Shown one piece after another: positions 14,654 through 22,514 of a stretch of DNA of 34,479 nucleotides. Source of the stretch: Candidatus Woesearchaeota archaeon (GTDB lineage: Archaea > Nanobdellota > Nanobdellia > SCGC-AAA011-G17 > GW2011-AR17). Each line of letters begins with the position of its first letter. The first letter of the stretch is position 1. Location: assembly GCA_018302205.1 (NCBI GenBank), contig JAGVZZ010000017.1, positions 1 to 34,479 of the forward strand. The letters are read 5' to 3'. The notes below the pieces were generated by a model, which was not told the origin of the DNA, did no database searches, and saw only the letters and a list, made by a program, of their open reading frames with translations. The position numbers and the translations under genes were made by a program.

Positions 14654-15373
14654 ATGGAGGAATTGATAAGAAAACTTGAAGAAACAGGATTAAGTGAAAA
14701 AGAATCTATAGTTTATCTAGCTCTTCTCAAAAATGGATCTGTCTTTGGAAGTGAACTAGCAAAAATTTTGGGCATGGATAGAAGTCACACATACAATATT
14801 TTACAAAATTTGATTAACAAAGGCTTAGCCAGCCACATTGTCAAAAACAAAAAGATATTATTCCAAATTACATCTCCAAAAAATTTACTTAATTCAATAC
14901 AACAAAAAGAAAAAATTATTCAATCAATTATTCCCGAATTAGAAGCACTGGAAAAAATAAAATATAAATCTTCAGCAATTAATATACATGAAGGTAAAAC
15001 AGGATTAAGAACAGTTATTAGATTAATATTAGAATCAAGAGCAAAAGATATGTTAGTAATTGGTGCAACAGGAAAAAGTTATGAATTTCTTAAATATGAA
15101 ATGCCCCATATTTCAAAGAAGACAGCATTACTCAAAATAAAAGGAAGATTAATTACAAGTGAAAAGTTAAGAGGGCATGCATTTACAAAACTTCCAAATT
15201 TTACGATAAGATACATTGAAGAATTAACTCCTTCTTCTATATTAATCTTTAATAATAACGTGGCTATTAATGTATTTGAAGAAAAACCTTTTGTAATTCT
15301 AATTGAAAACAAATCTATTGCTGATAGTAATAAGAAATATTTTGAATATTTATGGAAAATAGCAAAGAAATAA
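14654..15373 (+). CDS. TrmB-family transcriptional regulator (cassette 1)
   Basis: The N-terminal wHTH GLSEKESIVYLALLKNGSVFGSELAKILGMDRSHTYNILQNLINKGL is typical of TrmB. It is a 239-aa paralog of 16090..16812. Confidence 0.8.
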   Translation: MEELIRKLEETGLSEKESIVYLALLKNGSVFGSELAKILGMDRSHTYNILQNLINKGLASHIVKNKKILFQITSPKNLLNSIQQKEKIIQSIIPELEALEKIKYKSSAINIHEGKTGLRTVIRLILESRAKDMLVIGATGKSYEFLKYEMPHISKKTALLKIKGRLITSEKLRGHAFTKLPNFTIRYIEELTPSSILIFNNNVAINVFEEKPFVILIENKSIADSNKKYFEYLWKIAKK

Positions 15374-15532
15374 TCAATAAATCAAAAACAAAACCTACAT
15401 ACTTTGTCTTTAATTCTACAAACAAAATAACTGAGCCTACCCTTATAAAACAATATAAAATACTAAAGAGAACTTTGCATAATTCATAAAGAGTAAAAAC
15501 TTTTAACACTTCAGCTTTGCTGAGGTAAAATA

Positions 15533-15631
15533 ATGATAACTTCTTTAAAACAATATGGTGTTAAACTAGCATATGAAAAATTAGATCGAATAGGAGATAA
15601 ATTAGAGCCTTTTCAAAAATTAATTGATTGA
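15533..15631 (+). pseudogene. IS5-family transposase N-terminal remnant
   Basis: MITSLKQYGVKLAYEKLDRIGDKLEPFQKLID* resembles the d.L..l...IDW segment of IS5-type transposases. TGA stands where the conserved Trp codon would be. Only about 16 further codons follow before the next stop. Confidence 0.3.
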
Positions 15632-15726
15632 ACAAGAAATAATTATACTATTATTAAGAGTCCTAAAAGAAGACGTATTTAATGATGAAAAAAACACAAA
15701 ACAAAGGTAAAGATGCAATTATTAAT

Positions 15727-15764
15727 GGGGTTCAAATCCCCCTGGTGCCATACTATTAACTTCT
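15727..15764 (+). repeat. att-like repeat copy B
   Basis: ggggttcaaatccccctggtgcca is identical to the 24 nt of copy A that lie inside the tRNA. The tail tactattaacttct differs from copy A by a 2-nt insertion and one substitution. Confidence 0.8.
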
Positions 15765-16013
15765 GTTTAATAAATAGCAAAGGCCAGCAAATAATGTAGA
15801 ATATTCTGCAGTTTGTACTAAAGCACAAGCCATTAAATAAGTATTAGATGGTCTGAGGCTTAAATTTTCAAGTAATCTTCTATATCGATCCATTTCAATA
15901 ATAGTATTATCATCATGAGAGTGATTTCTTCTCCAGGCTATTGCTTCTTGGATTGTAGTGTCAATTGCTTTTCTTAATTCATTTACCATTTTATTTACCT
16001 CTTTGTTTGGCAT
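15756..16013 (-). CDS. Hypothetical small protein (cassette 2), divergent from the TrmB-like gene
   Basis: 85-aa ORF with a hydrophobic C-terminus. Its stop codon lies inside the tail of repeat B. The start is uncertain (M1 at 16013 or M9 at 15989). Confidence 0.45.
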   Translation of the reverse strand: MPNKEVNKMVNELRKAIDTTIQEAIAWRRNHSHDDNTIIEMDRYRRLLENLSLRPSNTYLMACALVQTAEYSTLFAGLCYLLNRS

Positions 16014-16035
16014 TCAAATAAGCTATATAAATGTA

Positions 16036-16058
16036 TGTTGTTGGAATTAACCACAACA
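16036..16058. promoter_or_regulatory. Candidate operator: imperfect inverted repeat TGTTGTTGG-N6-CCACAACA
   Basis: It has the same GTTGT...ACAAC half-sites as 14600-14621. It again lies directly 5' of the TATA (ttataaa, 16060-16066), which is 27 nt upstream of the TrmB-like ATG. Confidence 0.4.
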
Positions 16059-16089
16059 ATTATAAACTCAAAGAGATTAATAAATAGCT

Positions 16090-16812
16090 ATGAAAGCCTC
16101 AATGTTAGTAGAATTTGGATTAAGTGAAAATCAAGCTAGGGTTTATTTAGAAATTATTCAATCCCCTGGAAGATCTGGGAGCAATATTTCAAAATCTTTA
16201 AGCATAGATCGTTCATTTGTATATGATATAATTAATTCTTTAATCAATAAGGGATTAGTCAGCTATGTTGTTAATGGCAAAATAAAAGTATTTTATCCTT
16301 CAGATCCCGAAAATTTAATTAAAGAAATAGATGAAAAGAAAATTAAAGCTTTAAATCTAATAGAAGAAATAAAAAAACTGCAAGAAAAAAATAAATCTGA
16401 AAATGAGGTTAAAGTTTATGAAGGAAAAGCTGGATTAAAGGCTTATGTAAGAGAATTCTTGGATTGTGATAATTTCTATACTCTTGGTGGAGGAGGAACA
16501 TTAAATATACTAGAAGTTTTAAAATATGATTATCCTAATTATATTAAAGAATTTGAACAAAAAAAAATTAAAGGCTCTTTGATTACATCAGAAAAAAATA
16601 AAAAAATTATGGGCTCAATATACCCAAAATCTTCGGTTAAAATAAGAAATCTAGAACATCTAGATAGTAGTGTTAGTTTTTCTATTTTTAATAATAAATT
16701 AGCCATCTATTCTGCCGAAGAAAAACCTTTTGTTTTAATAATAAATAATAAAGAGATTAGTTCATCTTTAAAAAATTATTTTGATCACCTTTGGAAGCAA
16801 GCTAAAAAATGA
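16090..16812 (+). CDS. TrmB-family transcriptional regulator (cassette 2)
   Basis: wHTH GLSENQARVYLEIIQSPGRSGSNISKSLSIDRSFVYDIINSLINKGL. The C-terminus EEKPFVLIINNKEISSSLKNYFDHLWKQAKK is collinear with EEKPFVILIENKSIADSNKKYFEYLWKIAKK in 14654..15373. Confidence 0.8.
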   Translation: MKASMLVEFGLSENQARVYLEIIQSPGRSGSNISKSLSIDRSFVYDIINSLINKGLVSYVVNGKIKVFYPSDPENLIKEIDEKKIKALNLIEEIKKLQEKNKSENEVKVYEGKAGLKAYVREFLDCDNFYTLGGGGTLNILEVLKYDYPNYIKEFEQKKIKGSLITSEKNKKIMGSIYPKSSVKIRNLEHLDSSVSFSIFNNKLAIYSAEEKPFVLIINNKEISSSLKNYFDHLWKQAKK

Positions 16813-16837
16813 AAGCAATAAAGACAAAAGCACCGCA

Positions 16838-16874
16838 GGTGTTCCAAATCCCCCTGGTGCCATTATTAACTTCT
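16838..16874 (+). repeat. att-like repeat copy C
   Basis: ggtgttccaaatccccctggtgcca ttattaacttct. There is a one-base insertion in the T-loop part and the T-stem 5' strand is degraded. Confidence 0.75.
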
Positions 16875-16955
16875 AATAAATTTATAATTTAAATAAATAG
16901 ACTTTCAGAAAAATTTATAAATAAGTTAAACTTAGTTGGTATAAGGAGGACTAAT

Positions 16956-17192
16956 ATGGTACAAGCTTTGGTTCAGATAAATGAAAATACAAATAGGGTA
17001 TTGAATGTAGTGAAAGCAAAATATGGTCTTAGAGATAAAGGTGAAGCTATTCAATTAGTTGTAGAAAAATATATTGAAGAAGAAGATGAGCCTGAATTGA
17101 GACCTGAATTTATTGAAAATATTAAAAAAACTGAAAGTAAAAAAGGCATAACTTTTATATCAATTAAAGAATTAAGAAAGAGGTATGAATGA
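16956..17192 (+). CDS. Small RHH/CopG-like antitoxin candidate (TA pair 2, cassette 3)
   Basis: 78 aa. An AGGAGG lies 7 nt upstream. There is an ATGA stop/start overlap with the toxin ORF. It is a paralog of 163..405 (EPELRPEF). Confidence 0.6.
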   Translation: MVQALVQINENTNRVLNVVKAKYGLRDKGEAIQLVVEKYIEEEDEPELRPEFIENIKKTESKKGITFISIKELRKRYE

Positions 17193-17452
17193 AATATGAA
17201 ATTCACCCAGATTTAGATGAATTATTAACAAAACTTTCTAAAAAAGATAAAAGTTTATTTGAGCAGATTTTAAAGAAAATTGCAGATATTTGCAATTCAG
17301 ATATTAATCATTATAAGAATTTGAAAAAACCATTACAGAATTATAAAAGAGTACATATTGGTCACTTTGTTTTTCTATTCAAAGTAGAAAATGAAACTAT
17401 TATTTTTAGATATTTTGATCATCATGATAAAATTTATCTGATAAATGATTAA
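17189..17452 (+). CDS. RelE/ParE-superfamily toxin (TA pair 2, cassette 3)
   Basis: 87 aa with HYKNLKKPLQNYKRVHIGHFVFLFKVENETIIFRYFDHHDKIY. It is a paralog of 398..670. Confidence 0.65.
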   Translation: MKYEIHPDLDELLTKLSKKDKSLFEQILKKIADICNSDINHYKNLKKPLQNYKRVHIGHFVFLFKVENETIIFRYFDHHDKIYLIND

Positions 17453-17522
17453 TAACTATATTCATTAAATCTATGAATCCTATAAATAATTCTTTGAAGA
17501 AATGTGAAAGTAAGCAGAGATG

Positions 17523-17549
17523 CAAATCTCCTTGGTGCCATTATTAATT
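17523..17549 (+). repeat. att-like repeat copy D (most degraded)
   Basis: caaatctccttggtgccattattaatt matches copy A at 25 of 27 positions. The T-stem 5' part is missing. Confidence 0.7.
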
Positions 17550-18002
17550 CAATAATCCTGTGCACCTCCAGTTAACTTCTGTTGAACCATTTTCATAAAC
17601 AACACAAGCAGGATTGCAGTTATAAGGATTTTCAAAAGGTATTAGATCTATCCAATAGGTTTTTGAATTTTCGTTGTACATTATTGAATCTTCTGAAAGA
17701 GTACCATATTCAGTACAGTTGCTAGCTTCTGCAACTATCATAGCCCAATCTTCAGAACCGGCTTCGTATTCCAAGCATTTTGCATCTTTGGAATAATCCC
17801 CTTCACAACCAATTTCAGTACAACCAGATATTTTACCATCAACAACACCACAAGTATTGCAGCCATCATAGTAAGAGATGCAATTTTCCATAATTTCATT
17901 ATCGCCTAAAGCATCGTCACCATAAGGAATGCCTTTATCTGCTGAGCAGCCAGCTATTATTAAGCATGATACTGCTACTAGGAATATAATTATTTTTTTC
18001 AT
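17544..18002 (-). CDS. Cys-rich lipoprotein
   Basis: MKKIIIFLVAVSCLIIAGCS provides a signal peptide and lipobox. Ten further Cys are present in the mature part. I prefer the start at M8 of the listed ORF (18002). Its stop abuts repeat D. Confidence 0.65.
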   Translation of the reverse strand: MKKIIIFLVAVSCLIIAGCSADKGIPYGDDALGDNEIMENCISYYDGCNTCGVVDGKISGCTEIGCEGDYSKDAKCLEYEAGSEDWAMIVAEASNCTEYGTLSEDSIMYNENSKTYWIDLIPFENPYNCNPACVVYENGSTEVNWRCTGLLN

Positions 18003-18061
18003 AAAATATGCAAAGCATAACAACTATTTAAAGCATTTCAAGACTTCAAATATAATTGAAG

Positions 18062-19759
18062 TTAAGATTTCTTTTTATCTAATAGTAATCTAAGATGAGT
18101 TTGGCGAATCTTTTGCAAACCCTTATGGTCATTATAATATTTATCTAATAGACTTGAAAGGATCTCACCAGATTTTACGTAAGGAACCAAAACATAATCC
18201 GCACCAAGATTGTAAAGATCAATAGCTTCATTTGAAGTTTTTGCGGTTAAGATTATTGTAGGTTTTAGATTCAATTCTTTAATAAATAGGATTAAGGTTT
18301 TATTATCCTCTATACAGGGGATAGTTGAAACAATAAATTTAGCGGATGTAAAATCAACTCTTTTTAAAAGTTCTAAGTTACTAATATCGCCATATAAACA
18401 AGGAGTTTTTTTATGTTTGAGTGTATCAATTATCTCAGGATTATAGTCTACAACAAATAATTTTGTTTTAAGGTGTTTGAATGTTCTTAAGAATGTACCA
18501 CCAACACGATCTGCACCGAATAGGATTAATTCAGGGCGGTCTTTATGTTCATAGCCAAAAAATTTCTTTTTTGTTGAAAGTTTTTCAAATATTGAAAGAA
18601 ACCTATGAATAAAATTGTAAGTTTTTAATTCATATTCAACAATGTAAGAAGTTAAAGCGATACTAATAACACCCAAAAGGATTGTAACTGAGAATAACTC
18701 TGGGGAGATATTATCTACTGAAAGAACAAGGATTAAACCAAATTCACTTATTTGGGCTAAGGAAACAGCCGTAACGAAGGAGTTACGCTTATCATAACCG
18801 AATATACTTAGTAATATCATTACTATTAATGGTTTTAATAAAATCACTAATGCTAAAAATACAAAGAAGGGAGTTATAATTGAGGAAATATTTGTTGAAA
18901 CAATTTGTAGCCCAAGAGAAACAAAAAATATAATTGCAAAAAAATCTTTTAATGAACTCACTTTTGAAATAATATTTAGGTTGTAAGGTAAGTTGGCTAG
19001 TGTGATTCCACCGAAAAAAGCACCAATTGCAATTGAAAAATCAAGTGCATAGGCCAATAAAGAAAATAAGAAACAAAATGCTAATGAGAGTAAAAATAAT
19101 AATTCTGAAGACTTTGCCGCAAATTTGAAGGTAGGGTGGATTAAATATCTATTTGCAATGAATGCGATCACTAGTAAAATTAAAAATTTCAATAAACTAT
19201 ATAGGATGGCTGTAAATGAAAGGGAATCTGAGCCGATAATCAAAGTTAGTGCAAGGATTACTAGGATATCTTGGATGAATAATATCCCTAATAACATTCT
19301 TCCGTGAATAGTACTTAATTCATCTTTGTCTATTATTAATTTTAAAACAATCATAGTACTTGAGAATGCAATAATTAAACCAGCATAGATTGCATTCATA
19401 GTATCAAAACCCATTAATAGTGCAACAAAATACCCCGCTGCAAAGGTTAAGAATACTTGAAGAATACCTGTAATAGCAACAACCCCCCCTAGTGATTTTA
19501 ATTTCTTTAAATCCATCTCTAGTCCAACAATGAAAAGTAAAAAAATTATTCCAATTTCGGAGATACTTTGGATTAAATTTGTATCTTGAATTAATTTTAA
19601 ACCAATAGGACCAATAACTAAACCGGCAATTATGTATGCAGGGATTAGTGGTTGTTTGAATAATCTTGCAATGTATGCAAAGAAGGTTGCAACAATAAGT
19701 ATAACACCTAAGTTAAATAGTAAACTCTGCGGAACAAAACTCAACACGTCTTCGAACAT
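18062..19759 (-). CDS. CPA2-family cation:proton antiporter (Kef-type) with C-terminal RCK/TrkA-N domain
   Basis: 565 aa: a polytopic N-terminal region of about 390 aa, then a Rossmann-like ILFGADRVGG and a TrkA-N-like domain. Confidence 0.8.
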   Translation of the reverse strand: MFEDVLSFVPQSLLFNLGVILIVATFFAYIARLFKQPLIPAYIIAGLVIGPIGLKLIQDTNLIQSISEIGIIFLLFIVGLEMDLKKLKSLGGVVAITGILQVFLTFAAGYFVALLMGFDTMNAIYAGLIIAFSSTMIVLKLIIDKDELSTIHGRMLLGILFIQDILVILALTLIIGSDSLSFTAILYSLLKFLILLVIAFIANRYLIHPTFKFAAKSSELLFLLSLAFCFLFSLLAYALDFSIAIGAFFGGITLANLPYNLNIISKVSSLKDFFAIIFFVSLGLQIVSTNISSIITPFFVFLALVILLKPLIVMILLSIFGYDKRNSFVTAVSLAQISEFGLILVLSVDNISPELFSVTILLGVISIALTSYIVEYELKTYNFIHRFLSIFEKLSTKKKFFGYEHKDRPELILFGADRVGGTFLRTFKHLKTKLFVVDYNPEIIDTLKHKKTPCLYGDISNLELLKRVDFTSAKFIVSTIPCIEDNKTLILFIKELNLKPTIILTAKTSNEAIDLYNLGADYVLVPYVKSGEILSSLLDKYYNDHKGLQKIRQTHLRLLLDKKKS

Positions 19760-19791
19760 TTATTTAATAAGGTGGAATTAATTTATAATAC

Positions 19792-20088
19792 TTATTCTTT
19801 TTTGATAAAAATTTCAATAGTCGAAACACGAATTTGTTTGCCTTCTTTATTTTTGAAATCTTCGCTATTAATCACAACTTTGTCTACAACAATTTTATTT
19901 TCCAAAAATCTTTTTCTAGCAACTTCTGCAATGTCAACAGCCTTTGCAATAAATTTACCACGGGCTTTTACGATGACTTCAGAAGAATCTAATGTCGTAA
20001 ATTGCATTACAACCCCTGTTACATAATTCATAAATGGTTTTTCACCAACTAGAATAATATTATTATTATTATCACCCATTTTAATCAC
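19792..20088 (-). CDS. albA: Alba (Sac10b-family) chromatin/RNA-binding protein
   Basis: NIILVGEKPFMNYVTGVVMQF....VIVKARGKFIAKAVDIAEVARKRF......RVSTIEI matches Alba. A GGTGA lies 7 nt upstream, and the gene is 8 nt downstream of eS17. Confidence 0.85.
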   Translation of the reverse strand: MIKMGDNNNNIILVGEKPFMNYVTGVVMQFTTLDSSEVIVKARGKFIAKAVDIAEVARKRFLENKIVVDKVVINSEDFKNKEGKQIRVSTIEIFIKKE

Positions 20089-20096
20089 CTAAAGGA

Positions 20097-20285
20097 TTAT
20101 TCTTCATTTCTCATCAAACGAGTAATGTAACCAGCTAAAACGTTTTTCATTTTTTTAGAAGGAACTTCAATATAGGTAGGTAATAGTTGTTTATTACTCT
20201 CAAAATCAGTTTTGAAGCTTGCTCTATGTTGAGAAACTAACTTTTTTCCGGTTCTCTTGATAACAGTAGTTTTAATTCTTCCCAT
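20097..20285 (-). CDS. rps17e: Ribosomal protein eS17
   Basis: MGRIKTTVIKRTGKKLV....F..DFE.NK........SKKMKNVLAGYITRLMR. Confidence 0.9.
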   Translation of the reverse strand: MGRIKTTVIKRTGKKLVSQHRASFKTDFESNKQLLPTYIEVPSKKMKNVLAGYITRLMRNEE

Positions 20286-20308
20286 GGGTTCAGTGAATTA
20301 AATAGAGG

Positions 20309-20316
20309 TTTATAAA
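20309..20316 (-). promoter_or_regulatory. TATA box for the eS17-Alba operon
   Basis: ggTTTATAAAtg is centred about 27 nt upstream of the eS17 ATG. Confidence 0.5.
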
Positions 20317-20328
20317 TGTTTCTAAGGG

Positions 20329-21396
20329 TTATTTTCTACGTAGAACCCAGATTTCACGATGCATTTTGGAGGTGGGTGTAGTATATAGAATTGGCTCATC
20401 AATAGTAAATTTGCTGGTTATGAAACGGGTTAAATTTATCTTGAAATGCTTTTTTGACCTTGCACGAAATATTGGGGTTATGATTACAATGTTCTTTTTT
20501 GTAATCTTTTGTAAAGTGACTAATAATTCTCTGTAAAGAGGGATTAATTCATTCAAAATCTTTTTTGCTTCAACTTCTGTAGGGAAATTTTTTAGAAATG
20601 GGCCCATATAAGGTTCAGTTGCAACTACATCAACAGAAGGGGCTTTCCGATCAGAACTTCTGGAGTCTAATTGGTATAATTGGAATGAATTTTCGAAATT
20701 GTGTCTTGCTTTTAACCAATCCAAGTTCTTTTTCGAGGCATCAATACAAAAATGATCCTTATCAATACCAATAACATTAATATCCATCAATAATGATTCT
20801 TGAAGGATTGTTCCAATACCACAAAAAGGATCTAATAAAGTTTCACCTTTTTTTACTTCAGAAAGATTGATTAAAAATTTTGCTAATCGAATTGAGATTG
20901 TATGTAATGGTCTTTGTACTGGACGTTGTAAATCTCGAGCCTTGTATTCACGTGGATTAAATACGGCAATAGATTTGAAAACTTGGCCCTTGTATTGGAT
21001 GATTTCAATGACTGAAGTTGCTTCTGAAGGATTTAGAAACTCTTGCTCTTGATGATGAGATTTTTTTATGGTTGCTTTGATTTTTTCTTTTTTGAAATAA
21101 TTTTTTAATTCGCTGACCATAGATTCATCTTTGGTATAATTTGAGACTGCAAACCGAGCTTTGTTTTTTGTTCCTTCATAAAGATTGTCAAATGAGTCTA
21201 TCTCAACACCAATCTTTTGTGTACCGGCCAAATCTTTGATGAATTTACTGGAATTAAAAGAAGGAAGTTCTAAAATTAAAGCTATATCAGAATCGTCTTT
21301 AATTGTATACTTAACCTTTTGAGTTTTCAAATAGGCAAAAAGTTCTTTCCTTGAAAGTTCTGGATCTCTACCTAAGATGAATATGTATGATTTCAT
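20329..21396 (-). CDS. Trm11/Trm-G10-like SAM-dependent tRNA (guanine-N2) methyltransferase
   Basis: N-terminal FILGRDPELSRKELFAYL as in Trm-G10. SAM motif LLDPFCGIGTILQE. The motif IV variant VVATEPYMG replaces DPPY. Confidence 0.65.
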   Translation of the reverse strand: MKSYIFILGRDPELSRKELFAYLKTQKVKYTIKDDSDIALILELPSFNSSKFIKDLAGTQKIGVEIDSFDNLYEGTKNKARFAVSNYTKDESMVSELKNYFKKEKIKATIKKSHHQEQEFLNPSEATSVIEIIQYKGQVFKSIAVFNPREYKARDLQRPVQRPLHTISIRLAKFLINLSEVKKGETLLDPFCGIGTILQESLLMDINVIGIDKDHFCIDASKKNLDWLKARHNFENSFQLYQLDSRSSDRKAPSVDVVATEPYMGPFLKNFPTEVEAKKILNELIPLYRELLVTLQKITKKNIVIITPIFRARSKKHFKINLTRFITSKFTIDEPILYTTPTSKMHREIWVLRRK

Positions 21397-21426
21397 TGTA
21401 AAAATTAGTATTGTAGAAGTTTATAA

Positions 21427-22449
21427 TTATTCTGTTCTACTTATTGATGCATAAACTGTTGCATTCTTATCCCATAGTCTTGGAATATAAGCGCCCCTGT
21501 ATTTTAATGATTCTTGTGCGGCCATTGTTGCAGTAATAAGTAAATCTTCTGGATTCGTTCCCCTTGATATTGCATCAACCGCTGAAGCTAAAAATGCATC
21601 ACCTGCGCCGATAGTATCTACAATTTGCCCCGGAGGGGTTTTGGATCCTAATTCTTGAAGATTTAAATCATACACACTAGAATAATTACGAGCCATTAAA
21701 CAAGCACCAGAAGCATCTTTTGTTGTTAATAGATATTCTAATCTTGGAAATCTATCAAAAAATTCTCTTCCATTAATTCCAAGTAATTCTTTGATTCTTC
21801 TAAGTTCTTCTTTGTTTGTAGAAAGAACAGTAACAAGGCTTAATAAATTTCCTAAAAATGATGCATCTGAGGAGGAATTTAAAGAAAAAACCTCTGAACC
21901 AGGATTTAATACACTCATTCCTGAGTATGAATTTAATGCTCGATATGCAAGAGATAAATTTACCTCAGAAACAATCATGATACCGTGGGAATTAAAAAAA
22001 TCCTGGGGTAATTTTGTAGATCCTTGAGCAGTTACATGGGGCAACCAAATTGCTGAATCATGTTCAGTTGGAGAATTAAGTGCATATATACATTCTGCAG
22101 AAATACCTGGCAGAGAAACAAATCTACTAGTATCTACTTCAAGGGTATTTAGATCACGGATATATTTTCGAGTTAATCTATCATTACCGACAACAGAATA
22201 TCCTGATACAGCTCTTTCTCTAATTCTTAAAAACTGGCAAATATTTGGAAGGGGCCCACCTAATTGTGTATGAAAGGGAACTCTTTTTTTCTGAGTATAT
22301 TCAAACAGTAACTTTCTAAAGCTCTTTAAATTTTTTTTTGTTTGAATAAAATTAACCAATTCCTCATATTCATTCAGTTGAGGAGTAATAATTCGATCAA
22401 TAGCAAAATCTCCTATAACTACAATACTATCCAGATCTTTATGGCCCAT
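21427..22449 (-). CDS. PfkB-family carbohydrate/nucleoside kinase
   Basis: C-terminal DTIGAGDAFLASAV (the PfkB signature DTxGAGD). The N-terminal ..VIGDFAIDRI is an atypical GG-type region. Confidence 0.75.
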   Translation of the reverse strand: MGHKDLDSIVVIGDFAIDRIITPQLNEYEELVNFIQTKKNLKSFRKLLFEYTQKKRVPFHTQLGGPLPNICQFLRIRERAVSGYSVVGNDRLTRKYIRDLNTLEVDTSRFVSLPGISAECIYALNSPTEHDSAIWLPHVTAQGSTKLPQDFFNSHGIMIVSEVNLSLAYRALNSYSGMSVLNPGSEVFSLNSSSDASFLGNLLSLVTVLSTNKEELRRIKELLGINGREFFDRFPRLEYLLTTKDASGACLMARNYSSVYDLNLQELGSKTPPGQIVDTIGAGDAFLASAVDAISRGTNPEDLLITATMAAQESLKYRGAYIPRLWDKNATVYASISRTE

Positions 22450-22514
22450 AATCTATTTTTGAGCAAAATAAGAACTTTATAAAATATTCGGTTTGTTACT
22501 CTTGGGTGCTAAAA

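Larger units (their letters stand above)
13821..17549. mobile_element. Tandem array of three small integrase-less cassettes inserted at the tRNA-Met 3' end, or decayed integrated elements
   Basis: Four direct repeats of the tRNA 3' end start at 13797, 15727, 16838 and 17523. The cargo is TrmB modules, a TA pair and an IS remnant. No recombinase ORF is present. Confidence 0.6.

Noticed and set aside
15533-15631. TGA at the position of the conserved Trp in the IS5-like fragment could indicate TGA=Trp recoding.
   Set aside because: TGA is used as a genuine stop elsewhere, for example in TrmB-like 16090..16812 and antitoxin 16956..17192. All long ORFs are intact under the standard code. The fragment is also truncated shortly after.
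13797-17549. The repeated ~36-nt units could be a CRISPR array.
   Set aside because: The spacing is 0.68-1.9 kb and irregular. The intervals contain full genes with promoters. The repeat is simply the 3' end of the adjacent tRNA. No cas genes are present.
15727-17549. The tRNA 3' fragments could be 3' halves of split tRNA genes (Nanoarchaeum-style trans-splicing), given endA nearby.
   Set aside because: The fragments begin in the T stem (about position 49), not at the anticodon-loop positions known for split tRNAs. They lack the anticodon-stem 3' strand and any upstream complementary or bulge-helix-bulge-forming leader. Copies C and D are mutated in ways that would break the T arm.
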